From Candidatus Woesearchaeota archaeon (lineage in GTDB: Archaea; Nanobdellota; Nanobdellia; Pacearchaeales; GW2011-AR1), in the NCBI GenBank assembly GCA_964430085.1, contig CAYSES010000005.1:7677-31335 (forward strand): a stretch of DNA of 23,659 nt, given 5' to 3'. The notes below the pieces were generated by a model. It searched no databases and was not told where the DNA came from. It saw only the letters and a program-made list of their open reading frames with translations. The first letter of the stretch is position 1. The number at the start of each line of letters is the position of its first letter. The translations under genes were made by a program, and so were the position numbers. Below, in pieces: positions 1 through 9,555 of the stretch.

Positions 1-74
1 GGCTCCGTAGCTCAGTCTGGCAGAGCACTGGACTTTTAATCCAGGTGTCGTGGGTTCAAATCCCATCGGGGCCA
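1..74 (+). tRNA. tRNA-Lys (anticodon TTT)
   Basis: Hand-folded cloverleaf. Acceptor GGCTCCG/CGGGGCC (one G-T pair), D arm GCTC/GAGC, anticodon arm CTGGA-CTTTTAA-TCCAG (anticodon TTT), T arm GTGGG-TTCAAAT-CCCAT, discriminator A. No encoded CCA and no intron. Confidence 0.9.
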
Positions 75-176
75 CTACTTATTGTGCAAAGCCGGCCTAA
101 CCCAAAGATTTTTAAACTAAATTTTATTGTTTTTTATTATTCAAAAGTTGTTAAAGTTTACTGCTTACTTTAGCAC

Positions 177-184
177 TTTATTAA
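177..184 (+). promoter_or_regulatory. TATA-like box (TTTATTAA) upstream of rpoH
   Basis: A/T 8-mer lying 19 nt before the rpoH ATG at 204. This is similar to the 21-22 nt spacing seen at other genes in the window. Confidence 0.35.
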
Positions 185-203
185 ACCCTACCTAATTTGT
201 ACA

Positions 204-398
204 ATGCATATTCTTCAACCTAAACACATAAAACTGAGTGAAAAAGAAGCCGAAGAACTATTGAAAAAATTAAATGTTTCTAAGGCCCAATTACCCAAAA
301 TCCTTTCTACAGATGCTGCCTTGCCAGAAGGTTGTAATGTGGGGGATATAATCAAAATTGAAAGAAAATCGGGGGACTATTTTAGAGTTGTTGTATAA
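204..398 (+). CDS. rpoH: DNA-directed RNA polymerase subunit H (Rpo5/Rpb5 C-terminal domain homologue)
   Basis: 64-aa ORF. The pattern HxLxPKHxxLSExEAEELLKKxN...LPKI...D...GDIIKIxRKS...YFRVV is typical of archaeal RpoH. It lies directly upstream of rpoB, with a TAATG stop/start overlap at 398. Confidence 0.85.
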   Translation: MHILQPKHIKLSEKEAEELLKKLNVSKAQLPKILSTDAALPEGCNVGDIIKIERKSGDYFRVVV

Positions 399-3300
399 TG
401 GAAAAAGAGAATCATCTTATAATAAAAAGATATCTTGAAGAACATTCACTAGTTGAATCAAACGTAATCTCTTTTAATGATTTTCTTGAACATAGGATGC
501 AGGAAATTGTAGATGAAATTTCTGAAAGTATGAATAATGAAGAATTTGAAATTATTCTAGGAAAAGTTAAAATTGAAAAACCAAAAGTAATCGAAGCTGA
601 TGGAAGCTCTTCATTGGTAATGCCTTTTGAAGCTCGTCTTAGAAATTTAACTTACTCTGCTCCAATTACTCTTGAAATAACAATAAAAAAAGGTGATCAA
701 GTTGATTCTGAAACTGTAGAAGTTGGGAAAATTCCAATTATGGTTAAGAGTAAAGCATGTAATACTTATGGCATGACTACTGAACAACTTATTGAGAATT
801 ACAATGACCCTTATGACCCTGGAGGCTATTTCATAATAAACGGAAATGAAAGAGTTATGATTATGGCAGAAGATTTAGCTGAGAACCAACCATTCATTGA
901 AACAAACAAAAAAGGAGAATTAACACTTAGACTATTTTCATTAAAGGGAACATACAGAATTCCTATAACAATATCTGAGAGTAAAGAAGGTCTTTTTGAT
1001 TTATCCTTCAGCAGATTCAAGGATTTGCCTGCAATTGTTATATTAAAGGCGCTAGGATTAACAAAGGAATCAGACATCGCAAAATACATTGGGAAAGAAA
1101 CTGACAGTGTTATAGTAAATTTATATGAATTTGTAAATTTAGCGACAAAAGAAGATGCAATGATGTTTATTGCAGAAAAGACAGGATTACAAGGAACAAA
1201 AAAAGAAATATTGGATAGAATTAAACAAAGAATTGATTCTTACTTATTACCCCACATAGGACATAAAAAAGAAGATAGATTAAACAAAGCAATTACTATC
1301 TGTAAATTAATAAAACAATTTCTAATAGCAAAAGAAAATCCACGATTAAGAACAGATAAAGACCACTATTCAAATAAGAGAGTAAGACTCTCAGGGGATT
1401 TATTAGCAAATCTTTTCAGAGTTAATCTTGGTATTTTAATAAGAGATATCCAATATTCTATTCAAAAAACATCAAAGAGAAGAAAATTCTTTTCTATAAA
1501 GGTAATAGCTAAATCAACATTATTTTCACATAGAGTAGAATCCGCAATTGCAACTGGAAGTTGGACAGGAGAAAGAAGCGGAGTTACTCAAAATATGGAT
1601 AAGACAAATTACTTTGCTATGATCTCACAATTGCAGAGAGTTTCAAGCATGCTTCCTTCTGATCAAGAAAACTTTTTAGCAAGAACACTTCATCCAACTC
1701 ATTTTGGAAGATTTTGTCCTATAGAAACTCCAGAAGGAACTGAAATTGGATTAAGAAAAAATCTTGCTATCTTAAGCAGAATTTCTACAAGAGTCAATCT
1801 AGATTATACGAAGTTTATCAAAGATTTAGAATCAATTGGAATGGAAAAAGAAGGCGTTGAGGGAGATGATGTCTTTTTTAATGGAAGATTTATAGGTAGC
1901 ATAAAAGATTCTGATGGTTTCATAAAAAAAATAAAAGATAAAAGAAGATCTGCAGAATTCCCAATTGAAATGAATGTAAGAAATGAAATGGGCTTCAGGA
2001 CAGTCCTAATTTCTACAGAACCTGGAAGAGTTTTAAGACCATTAATTGTTGTAGAGAATGGTACTCCAAAATTAAAAAATGAACATATAATACAAGTAGA
2101 ACAAGGAGAATTAAACTGGGAAGATTTATTGAATAAAGGAATCATAGAATATCTTGACGCTGCAGAAGAAGAAAATGCATTAACTGCGTTATATGAAGAA
2201 GAACTTACCCCAGAACATACTCATTTAGAGATTGATAACGTTGATATATTGGGAGCTGTAACAAGTTTGGTTCCTTATGGAAATCATGATCAGAGTTCAA
2301 GATTAAACAGAGGAAGTAAAACACAAAAACAGGCATTAGGATTATATGCTGCAAATTATCTCTGTAGACTTGATACTGATGTGTCTATTTTACAATATCC
2401 TCAAAAACCAATTGTCAGAAGTTTTATGTATGATACATTAAACACATATCCTGCAGGCCAAAACTTAGTTGTTGCAATAATGACTTATGAGGGGTATAAT
2501 ATGGAAGATGCATTAGTCTTAAATAAAGGAAGTGTTGAAAGGGGGATTGGAAGAAGTTTCTATTTCCGTCCTTATTCTGCATTGGAAATGAATTATGCCG
2601 GAGGATTAAAAGATGAAATTGCTATTCCTGAAAAAGATGCCTCTGGATACAAAACAGAAGCAAGTTATAGATTTTTAGAGGGAGATGGGGTAGTTTACCC
2701 TGAAGCAAAGATTAGCGAGGGAGAGGTAATGATCGGAAAAATGTCCCCTCCTAAATTCTTATCCGAAGCAAGAGAAATATCTATCAGAACAAAAAAAGAA
2801 TCTAGTATAACAATGAGACAAGAAGAAAAAGGAATTGTCGACGGTGTTTTTATAACTGAAGATTCTGAAGGAAATAAAATTGTACAAATCAGAACAAGAG
2901 ACCAGAGAATTCCTGAACTTGGAGATAAATTTGCAACATCACACGGACAGAAAGGAGTTATTGGAATGATAGTACCTCAAGAAGATATCCCCTTCACATC
3001 AAGAGGAGTTCGTCCTGATGTAATATTCAACCCACATGGTTTACCAAGTAGAATGACTGTCGGTTATTTATTAGAATTGCTTGCAGGAAAAGTTGGAAGT
3101 TTGAAAGGAGAAGTAGTTGATGGAACATGTTTCTCAGGGGTAAATAAAAAACAATTAGAAGAAAACCTCAAAGATCTAGGATTTAGATATGATGGTAAGG
3201 AAACAATGTATAATGGGATTACTGGAAAAAGAATGGCTGTTAAAATATTCATTGGAAATTTATATTACTTAAAATTGAAATACATGGTTGGAAACAAAAT

Positions 3301-3652
3301 GCATGGAAGAGCTTCTGGAAAAGTTGCATTGCTTACAAGACAACCTATTGAAGGAAGAGCAAGAGGTGGAGCATTGAGATTGGGAGAAATGGAACAGGAA
3401 GCATTAGTAGCTCACGGAGCATCATTATTACTTAAGGAAAGATATGACTCAGACAAAGTTGTATTGCCTATATGTACAAAATGCGGAAGTATTGGGATTG
3501 ATGATAATATCAGGAGTAAATTAATTTGCCCGATGTGTGGAAGTGAAGATATAGAGCCTGTAGAAATGTCTTACGCATTCAAATTATTACTTGAAGAATT
3601 GCAGGGATTACATATCCACACAACATTTGAATTAAAAAACAAATACGAATAA
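398..3652 (+). CDS. rpoB: DNA-directed RNA polymerase subunit B, unsplit (Rpo2)
   Basis: 1084-aa ORF with conserved Rpb2/RpoB blocks: FGRFCPIETPEG, GYNMEDA, GDKFATSHGQKGV, NPHGLPSRMTVG, GEMEQEALVAHGA. It ends in a C-terminal Cys4 zinc ribbon (CTKCGS...CPMCGS). Confidence 0.97.
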   Translation: MEKENHLIIKRYLEEHSLVESNVISFNDFLEHRMQEIVDEISESMNNEEFEIILGKVKIEKPKVIEADGSSSLVMPFEARLRNLTYSAPITLEITIKKGDQVDSETVEVGKIPIMVKSKACNTYGMTTEQLIENYNDPYDPGGYFIINGNERVMIMAEDLAENQPFIETNKKGELTLRLFSLKGTYRIPITISESKEGLFDLSFSRFKDLPAIVILKALGLTKESDIAKYIGKETDSVIVNLYEFVNLATKEDAMMFIAEKTGLQGTKKEILDRIKQRIDSYLLPHIGHKKEDRLNKAITICKLIKQFLIAKENPRLRTDKDHYSNKRVRLSGDLLANLFRVNLGILIRDIQYSIQKTSKRRKFFSIKVIAKSTLFSHRVESAIATGSWTGERSGVTQNMDKTNYFAMISQLQRVSSMLPSDQENFLARTLHPTHFGRFCPIETPEGTEIGLRKNLAILSRISTRVNLDYTKFIKDLESIGMEKEGVEGDDVFFNGRFIGSIKDSDGFIKKIKDKRRSAEFPIEMNVRNEMGFRTVLISTEPGRVLRPLIVVENGTPKLKNEHIIQVEQGELNWEDLLNKGIIEYLDAAEEENALTALYEEELTPEHTHLEIDNVDILGAVTSLVPYGNHDQSSRLNRGSKTQKQALGLYAANYLCRLDTDVSILQYPQKPIVRSFMYDTLNTYPAGQNLVVAIMTYEGYNMEDALVLNKGSVERGIGRSFYFRPYSALEMNYAGGLKDEIAIPEKDASGYKTEASYRFLEGDGVVYPEAKISEGEVMIGKMSPPKFLSEAREISIRTKKESSITMRQEEKGIVDGVFITEDSEGNKIVQIRTRDQRIPELGDKFATSHGQKGVIGMIVPQEDIPFTSRGVRPDVIFNPHGLPSRMTVGYLLELLAGKVGSLKGEVVDGTCFSGVNKKQLEENLKDLGFRYDGKETMYNGITGKRMAVKIFIGNLYYLKLKYMVGNKMHGRASGKVALLTRQPIEGRARGGALRLGEMEQEALVAHGASLLLKERYDSDKVVLPICTKCGSIGIDDNIRSKLICPMCGSEDIEPVEMSYAFKLLLEELQGLHIHTTFELKNKYE

Positions 3653-3653
3653 A

Positions 3654-6600
3654 ATGATAGAACAAAAACCAGTAAAGAAAAAAGTAGAAGAAATAAAATT
3701 CGCTTTATTTAGCCCTGATGATATTAAAAAAATATCAGCAGCAAAAATAGTCACACCTGAATTATATAATATAGATGGATATCCTGTAGACGGGGGATTG
3801 ATGGACTTAAGACTTGGAGCAATTGATCCGGGGGTAAGATGCCGTACTTGTGGAGGAAGATTAAAAGAATGTTTCGGACATCCCGGAAGCATTGACCTTG
3901 CAAGACCAGTGATTCATTTGAAATATGTTCCATTAATAGAACTCGGATTAAGATGTTTTTGCAGAGACTGCGGAAAATTATGTCTAGCTGACAAAGATTT
4001 AGAAAGATATACTCCAAGCGAAAGAGCAAAGAAAGCAAAAGATGCCAAAAAATGTCCTCATTGCGGCGCTGTTCATGAAAGAATTAAAGTTGATAAGCCC
4101 ACAAGTTTTTTCTTGGGCAAAAAAAGACTTTTCCCTACTGAGATAAGAGATATCCTTGTTAACATAAAAGAGGAAGAATTAAGAAAGATCGGAGTTAATC
4201 CTGTAACATGCAGACCCGAGTGGGCTGTTCTGACAATGTTATTAGTTCCTCCTGTAACAGTTCGTCCAAGTATAATATTAGAATCAGGCGAAAGAAGTGA
4301 AGATGATTTAACACACAAATTATCAGATATAATAAGAGCTAATCAAAGACTTTGGGAAAATCTAAATGCAGGAGCTCCTGAAGTTATTATTGAAGATTTA
4401 TGGGATCTACTGCAATTTCATATAACAACTTTCTTTGATAATAGTGTATCTAAGATTCCTCCTGCAAGACACAGAAGCGGACAGCCATTAAAAACAATAA
4501 TGGAAAGGATAAAGGGAAAAGAAGGAAGAATAAGAAAGAATCTTGCTGGTAAAAGAGTAAATTATTCTGGAAGAACAGTCATCTCTCCTGAACCTTATAT
4601 AGGGATTAATGAAGTTGGGATTCCTTATGAAATTGCCAAAGTAGTGACTGTTGCAGAAAGTGTAACTGATTTGAATATTCACAAATTAAAAAAATTAATT
4701 GAAAAATCTGAAGAATATCCGGGAGCAAATTACATAATAAGGCCTGATGGGAAGAGAAAGAAAATAACCCCTGATTTAAAAGAAGAAATAATCAGTGAAC
4801 TTGCCCCAGGCTATAAAGTTGAAAGGCATTTACAGGACGGAGATGTTGTTTTATTTAACAGACACCCAAGTCTTCACAGAGGAAGTTTAATGGCTCACTT
4901 TGTGAGAGTTCTTCCTGGAAGAACTTTCAGATTACACCCTGCTGTAGCTGCTCCGTATAATGCAGACTTTGACGGAGATGAAATGAACATACATTCACCT
5001 CAAACAGAAGAAGCAAGAGCAGAAGCAAAAATTCTTCTTGATGTAAAAAGAAATCTTATTTCTCCAAAGAATAACACAAATCTCATAGGATGTATTGGAG
5101 ATGCAATAACAGGGACTTATCTTCTTGGAGAAGAAGAATTTTCAAGAGATTATGCAGATGAACTTCTTTTCAAATCAGGCATTGATTATAAAATTTCAAA
5201 GAAAACAATGAAAGGAACAGAAATTTTTTCTGCAGTACTTCCTAAAGTTAACTTCTCTAATGATTCTATACAAATTAAAAACGGAGAAATTGTGAAAGGA
5301 GAAATAAACAAAACTTTATTCGGAAGTGAAGACGGTGAATTGATTAAAGAACTTGAGAAAGATGTAGGAACTAATGAAACATTCGAAACAATAAGAAAAG
5401 TATTTAATTTAGGGGTTAAGTATTTATCAGACAGGGGGATAACAATTTCTGTAGAAGATTTGGATTTAGATCCTAGTGTTATTGAAGCCGGTGAAGAAAT
5501 AATCAAAAAAGCAGAAAAGAAAACAGAAGAGATTATTGAATCATACAATAAAAAAGAATTAGAAAGAATTCCAGGAAAAACAGAAGAAGAATCAAGAGAA
5601 ATTATAATACTTCAAACATTAAACGAAGTAAGAACCAAGATCGGAGAGATAGTAAAAGAAAAATTCCCAAAAGACAACCCTGTAAATCACATGATTATGT
5701 CAGGGGGCGGAGGGAATATATTGAATATTACACAAATGGCTTCATGTGTCGGGCAGCAGGCTTTGTGGGGAAGGAGAATTGATATAGGATACACTCAAAG
5801 AACATTATCTTCTTTCAAACAAGGAGACTTATCTCCAAAGGCAAGAGGATTTATCAGAAGTTCTTTTATCAAGGGATTGCGTCCTGATGAATTTTTCTTT
5901 GGAGCGATTACAGGGAGAGATTCTCTTATGGATACTGCATTAAGAACACCTAAATCAGGGTATTTATACAGAAGATTAGCTAATGCATTGCAAGATCTCA
6001 GAGTAGAATACGACGGAACAATAAGAGACAGCAATAACAGTTTAATCCAATACAAATATGGTGATGATGGACTTGATGTTTCAAAACTTCATCTTAAGGA
6101 ACAAATAAAACCAGGAGAAGCAATAGGTGTTGTAACTGCACAATCTTTTGGAGAACCTTCTACACAGATGGCATTAAATGTATTTCACTTTGCAGGTGTA
6201 CATGAAATGCAGATTACACAAGGTCTTCCAAGACTTATAGAAATTTTTGATGCAAGAAAAAAACCTTCATCTCCAAAAATGGAAATTTTCCTTAAAAAAG
6301 AACACAATAATGAAAAAGATACCAAGATTTTTGCTGAAAAAATAAAAGAAGTAACATTAAGAGAAATAGCATCAGAAATAAATCTTAATTTCAGCAATAA
6401 AATAATTGAAATAAAAATTGACAGAGAAGGATTGAGGCAAACACATAGCTCGATAAAGACTATTGTAGATAAACTTAACAAATTAGGATTCAAGGTTAAA
6501 GAAAAAACAGATTCAATCACCTTGAATGCATCTGAATTTAATTTCAAAGACATATATAAACTAAAAGAAAAATTAAAGAAAACAATAATCTCTGGAATTA

Positions 6601-7148
6601 AAGGAATAAAACAAATCCTGATTGTTAAGAAAGGAAAAGATTTTGTAATAATGACTCTGGGAACAAATTTGAAAAAGATAATTGAACTTAAAGAAGTTGA
6701 TGCTGATAAGATTATATCCAATGATTTATATGAAGTTGCAGATATTTTTGGAATAGAAGTTGCAAGGCAATTGATAATGGATGAAATTTACAGTGTAATA
6801 AACACCCAGGGATTAGACATAAATGAAAGACATCTAAAACTTGTTTCAGATGCTATGACAAGTACTGGAGGAATTAAGGGGGTTACAAGAATGGGGATAA
6901 TCGCACAAAAATCTTCAATACTAGCAAGAGCAACTTTTGAAACTCCTGGAAAACAATTCATTAATGCGACGATAAAAGGAAGCAAAGACAGATTAGTAAG
7001 TGTTATAGAAAACATAATGCTTAACCAACCTGTTCCAATCGGGACCGGACTTCCGGGTCTTTTAGTTAAAGTGATTGGATCTTTAGTAAAGAAAGAAGAT
7101 GAAAAGAAAACAGCAAAAAAAGAAGTTGTAGAAAATACTAACAAATGA
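3654..7148 (+). CDS. rpoA: DNA-directed RNA polymerase subunit A, with A' and A'' parts in one continuous ORF (Rpo1N-Rpo1C fusion)
   Basis: 1164-aa ORF. It has N-terminal zinc motifs (CRTCGG...CFGHPG; CRDCG...CPHCG), the catalytic NADFDGDEMN (nt 4959-4988) and a bridge-helix block (GLRPDEFFFGAITGRDSLMDTALRT). YGDDGLDV is then followed after 10 aa by the A''-type trigger-loop block PGEAIGVVTAQSFGEPSTQMALNVFHFAGV...GLPRLIEIFDARK. Confidence 0.95.
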   Translation: MIEQKPVKKKVEEIKFALFSPDDIKKISAAKIVTPELYNIDGYPVDGGLMDLRLGAIDPGVRCRTCGGRLKECFGHPGSIDLARPVIHLKYVPLIELGLRCFCRDCGKLCLADKDLERYTPSERAKKAKDAKKCPHCGAVHERIKVDKPTSFFLGKKRLFPTEIRDILVNIKEEELRKIGVNPVTCRPEWAVLTMLLVPPVTVRPSIILESGERSEDDLTHKLSDIIRANQRLWENLNAGAPEVIIEDLWDLLQFHITTFFDNSVSKIPPARHRSGQPLKTIMERIKGKEGRIRKNLAGKRVNYSGRTVISPEPYIGINEVGIPYEIAKVVTVAESVTDLNIHKLKKLIEKSEEYPGANYIIRPDGKRKKITPDLKEEIISELAPGYKVERHLQDGDVVLFNRHPSLHRGSLMAHFVRVLPGRTFRLHPAVAAPYNADFDGDEMNIHSPQTEEARAEAKILLDVKRNLISPKNNTNLIGCIGDAITGTYLLGEEEFSRDYADELLFKSGIDYKISKKTMKGTEIFSAVLPKVNFSNDSIQIKNGEIVKGEINKTLFGSEDGELIKELEKDVGTNETFETIRKVFNLGVKYLSDRGITISVEDLDLDPSVIEAGEEIIKKAEKKTEEIIESYNKKELERIPGKTEEESREIIILQTLNEVRTKIGEIVKEKFPKDNPVNHMIMSGGGGNILNITQMASCVGQQALWGRRIDIGYTQRTLSSFKQGDLSPKARGFIRSSFIKGLRPDEFFFGAITGRDSLMDTALRTPKSGYLYRRLANALQDLRVEYDGTIRDSNNSLIQYKYGDDGLDVSKLHLKEQIKPGEAIGVVTAQSFGEPSTQMALNVFHFAGVHEMQITQGLPRLIEIFDARKKPSSPKMEIFLKKEHNNEKDTKIFAEKIKEVTLREIASEINLNFSNKIIEIKIDREGLRQTHSSIKTIVDKLNKLGFKVKEKTDSITLNASEFNFKDIYKLKEKLKKTIISGIKGIKQILIVKKGKDFVIMTLGTNLKKIIELKEVDADKIISNDLYEVADIFGIEVARQLIMDEIYSVINTQGLDINERHLKLVSDAMTSTGGIKGVTRMGIIAQKSSILARATFETPGKQFINATIKGSKDRLVSVIENIMLNQPVPIGTGLPGLLVKVIGSLVKKEDEKKTAKKEVVENTNK

Positions 7149-7245
7149 ACATAACTTTAACAAAACAATAAATTTATAAAACAATTCTCTCTAACAAAAT
7201 TAACAAAAAGATGAAAATAAAATTTTGTGATTGTCCTTTTTTGTT

Positions 7246-7692
7246 ATGGACATTCAGGAACTCGTTTTTATAATAATGAACACAATCAATATGCAAGATA
7301 TGAGACATTTGAATTTGTTTAGTAGAATTACTAAAATAAATACAAGGTTCTGCGTAAAGTATAATGGAACGATAATTTTCTGTGTTCCGAAGAGTTCTGT
7401 TATGAGGGCTGTTGGGGAAGATGCACGAAATATAAGAAAGTTAAATGAAATTTTAGGAAAAAGAATAAGAATTATCCCAAATCCAAGGGGGTTACAAGAT
7501 GCAAAGCAATTTATAGAGAATATTGTAAAACCGGTGATGTTCAAGGATCTTGAAATAAGAAACAATGAAATAATCTTAACTGCCGGAGGAAATCAGAATA
7601 AGGCAGCTTTAATTGGAAGGGATAAAAGAAGGCTTCTTGAAATGCAAAAGATTATTAAGGATTATTTTGGAAAAGAGTTCAGAATAATATAA
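7246..7692 (+). CDS. nusA: Archaeal NusA-like transcription factor (two KH domains)
   Basis: NLFSRITKINTRFCV...IIFCVPKSSVMRAVGEDARNIRKLNEILGKRIRII...NKAALIGRDKRRLLEMQKII matches the archaeal NusA KH-KH layout, and the gene is in the conserved position after rpoA. The start is uncertain. The ORF track begins at a TTG (7231), and in-frame ATGs occur at 7246, 7276 and 7291. Comparison with other archaeal NusA N-termini favours 7276. Confidence 0.8.
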   Translation: MDIQELVFIIMNTINMQDMRHLNLFSRITKINTRFCVKYNGTIIFCVPKSSVMRAVGEDARNIRKLNEILGKRIRIIPNPRGLQDAKQFIENIVKPVMFKDLEIRNNEIILTAGGNQNKAALIGRDKRRLLEMQKIIKDYFGKEFRII

Positions 7693-7693
7693 A

Positions 7694-8035
7694 ATGAATT
7701 CAAAAAACTACATTAGAATTTTCATCCTTATCGGATTTTTAGTTTTGCTTTATTTTCTTAATGTACCCTTGCAAGCAATAATATTTCTCGGAATTTTTAT
7801 GTTCTTATTGCTATTATTCAGGACAAGGCTATATAAGAAAGTAGATAAGACAATTCGAGATCATGTTCACTTTATTTCAAAATTCCCTGAGTGGCTGATA
7901 AGAACCATTATAATAATAATTTTTATATTAATCTATTTAGCAATTAAACAGGTTACATTTGAGGTATTGAAAGTTTTTGGGTTGGATATACAAAAAACAA
8001 TGTTTGATGGTATTAACCAGTCAGTAAAAGGATGA
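7694..8035 (+). CDS. Small integral membrane protein (about 3 predicted TM helices), hypothetical
   Basis: 113-aa ORF with three long hydrophobic stretches (IRIFILIGFLVLLYFL, AIIFLGIFMFLLLLF, IIIIIFILIYLAI). It starts 1 nt after the nusA stop. Confidence 0.5.
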   Translation: MNSKNYIRIFILIGFLVLLYFLNVPLQAIIFLGIFMFLLLLFRTRLYKKVDKTIRDHVHFISKFPEWLIRTIIIIIFILIYLAIKQVTFEVLKVFGLDIQKTMFDGINQSVKG

Positions 8036-8087
8036 AAAAACATAAATATATTCATAAATAATAACACATCCCAAGGACCTCCTTCTG

Positions 8088-8111
8088 AAAAAAGTTAAAC
8101 TTGACTTTTTT
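8088..8111 (+). terminator. A/T hairpin ending in a T6 tract (possible terminator)
   Basis: AAAAAAGT-TAAACTTG-ACTTTTTT forms a perfect 8-bp inverted repeat whose 3' arm ends in T6. It lies downstream of the 113-aa gene and before the rps12 promoter region. The stem is weak because it is almost all A/T. Confidence 0.3.
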
Positions 8112-8200
8112 AAATTGTGAAGAAAGTTTTATAAATCAAATTTCTCAAGAGTATTTATAGACATAGAATAAAATTCTGGTCAACATTTTTAATAAGAAAA

Positions 8201-8623
8201 ATGGGATTAAAAAACGCACGAAAATTAATGAAAAACAGGAGAAAGTTCCAATGGAAGGACAGAAAATTCAAAGTGAAAACTCTAGGTCTTTATGCTAAAT
8301 CAGATCCTCTTGAAGGAGCAAATCAAGCAAAGGGAATTGTTTTGCAAAAAGTGCAAAAAGAAGCAAAACAGCCAAATTCTGCAATGAGAAAATGTTGCAA
8401 AGTTCAGTTAACTAAAAACGGAAAAACTGTAACTGCTTTTATTCCTGGCAACCTTGCACAGAAATATATCGATGAACACGATGAAGTTATGATACAAAGA
8501 ATTGGCGGAAAACAAGGAAGAAGTAAAGGAGATATCCCCGGTGTAAGATTCCAAGTTATCCAAGTAAATGATCAGCCCTTGCATTTATTAGCAAAGGGAA
8601 AGATCGAAAAGGGTAGAAGATAA
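8201..8623 (+). CDS. rps12: 30S ribosomal protein uS12
   Basis: 140-aa ORF with [13 protein letters not shown]...[28 protein letters not shown]...[11 protein letters not shown], typical of archaeal S12. It is followed by rps7. Confidence 0.95.
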   Translation: MGLKNARKLMKNRRKFQWKDRKFKVKTLGLYAKSDPLEGANQAKGIVLQKVQKEAKQPNSAMRKCCKVQLTKNGKTVTAFIPGNLAQKYIDEHDEVMIQRIGGKQGRSKGDIPGVRFQVIQVNDQPLHLLAKGKIEKGRR

Positions 8624-8624
8624 A

Positions 8625-9233
8625 ATGGAAGAACAAAGAAATAATTTCAAGATTTTTGGGTTATATGATCTTTCAGAAATCAGAGTAGAAGACCCAGGAT
8701 TAAAGGCTGTAATAAATTTACAACCAAAACTTGTTATTCAAAGTCACGGAAGAAATGCTCAAAGATTCGGGCAAACAAAAGTTAATATTGTTGAAAGATT
8801 GATGAACAGATTAGCTGTTGCAGGACACAGAGGAAAAAAACATAAGATAATAAAAGGAACAGCAACAGGCAAATATTCGAAAAACATGAAGATCATTCTT
8901 GACGCATTTAAACTTATAGAAAAAAGAACAGGAAAAAATCCTGTTGAAGTTTTGGTAAAAGCCATTGAAAACTCTGCTCCAAGAGATGAAATAACTGTCA
9001 TCGAATATGGCGGAGCCAGATACCCCCAAGCTGTTGACGTTTCTCCGTTAAGGAGAGTTAACTTAGCATTAAGATGGATTGTTCATGGAGCATCAGACAA
9101 AGCTTTCAATAAAAAGAAAACAATTGTTGAAGGACTTGCAGAAGAAATCATACTTGCATCAGAAGGAAACGGAGAAAGTTTCGCAATGAGAAAAAAGAAT
9201 GAAAGTGAAAAACAAGCTGATAGTGCAAGATAG
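8625..9233 (+). CDS. rps7: 30S ribosomal protein uS7
   Basis: 202-aa ORF with IVERLMNRL...GKK...A...V..A........P.EVLVKAIENSAPRDE....YGGARYPQAVDVSPLRRVNLALRW, typical of archaeal S7. It starts 1 nt after the rps12 stop. Confidence 0.95.
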   Translation: MEEQRNNFKIFGLYDLSEIRVEDPGLKAVINLQPKLVIQSHGRNAQRFGQTKVNIVERLMNRLAVAGHRGKKHKIIKGTATGKYSKNMKIILDAFKLIEKRTGKNPVEVLVKAIENSAPRDEITVIEYGGARYPQAVDVSPLRRVNLALRWIVHGASDKAFNKKKTIVEGLAEEIILASEGNGESFAMRKKNESEKQADSAR

Positions 9234-9252
9234 CCATTCTAGTGCATATTTA

Positions 9253-9260
9253 TTTTTAAA
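9253..9260 (+). promoter_or_regulatory. TATA box (TTTTTAAA) for the 71-aa zinc-ribbon gene
   Basis: 8-mer lying 22 nt before the ATG at 9283. Confidence 0.4.
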
Positions 9261-9282
9261 TAAATAAAAGTTTTTATGATGT

Positions 9283-9498
9283 ATGATTCAAGGCAATTAT
9301 TTTTCAACACTTTGTCCACAATGCAAAAAAGAAAGTCCATATATACCAAATCCATATAATTTGCATATATGTAAAAGCTGCGGATTCAAAGGATTAAATT
9401 CTGATTTAATTACTGTAGTTGATGATAGAAAAATCAAAAAAAATATGTCAGAGTTGGAGGATTTGTTAAAAAGATTTCCACATTTAAGCAAATTTTAA
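9283..9498 (+). CDS. Small zinc-ribbon protein (CxxC...CxxC), hypothetical
   Basis: 71-aa ORF with CPQC (aa 11-14) and CKSC (aa 30-33). It has its own TATA at canonical spacing. No family was recognised. Confidence 0.5.
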   Translation: MIQGNYFSTLCPQCKKESPYIPNPYNLHICKSCGFKGLNSDLITVVDDRKIKKNMSELEDLLKRFPHLSKF

Positions 9499-9555
9499 AA
9501 AAATTATACCACCAAATTGCAATAATTCTTAAATAATAAAATTCCAACTTATATT

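Noticed and set aside
826-7144. Numerous 60-180 aa ORFs on the minus strand inside rpoB and rpoA (e.g. 826-1089, 1804-2145, 5186-5548, 6185-6721, 6788-7144).
   Set aside because: All are antisense to strongly conserved coding sequence. They have low-complexity S/F/L/I-rich translations typical of the reverse complement of K/E-rich AT-rich genes, and none has a promoter-like element.
7231-7245. TTG start for nusA as given by the ORF track.
   Set aside because: The track simply opens the frame at the first possible start. In-frame ATGs at 7246, 7276 and 7291 fit archaeal NusA N-termini better.
7211-7273. 20-codon ORF (MKIKFCDCPFLLWTFRNSFL) between the TTTATAAA box at 7173-7180 and nusA, considered as a possible regulatory uORF.
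   Set aside because: It is too short and unsupported. Its 30-nt distance from the TATA does not fit the spacing seen elsewhere, and such ORFs arise by chance in AT-rich DNA.
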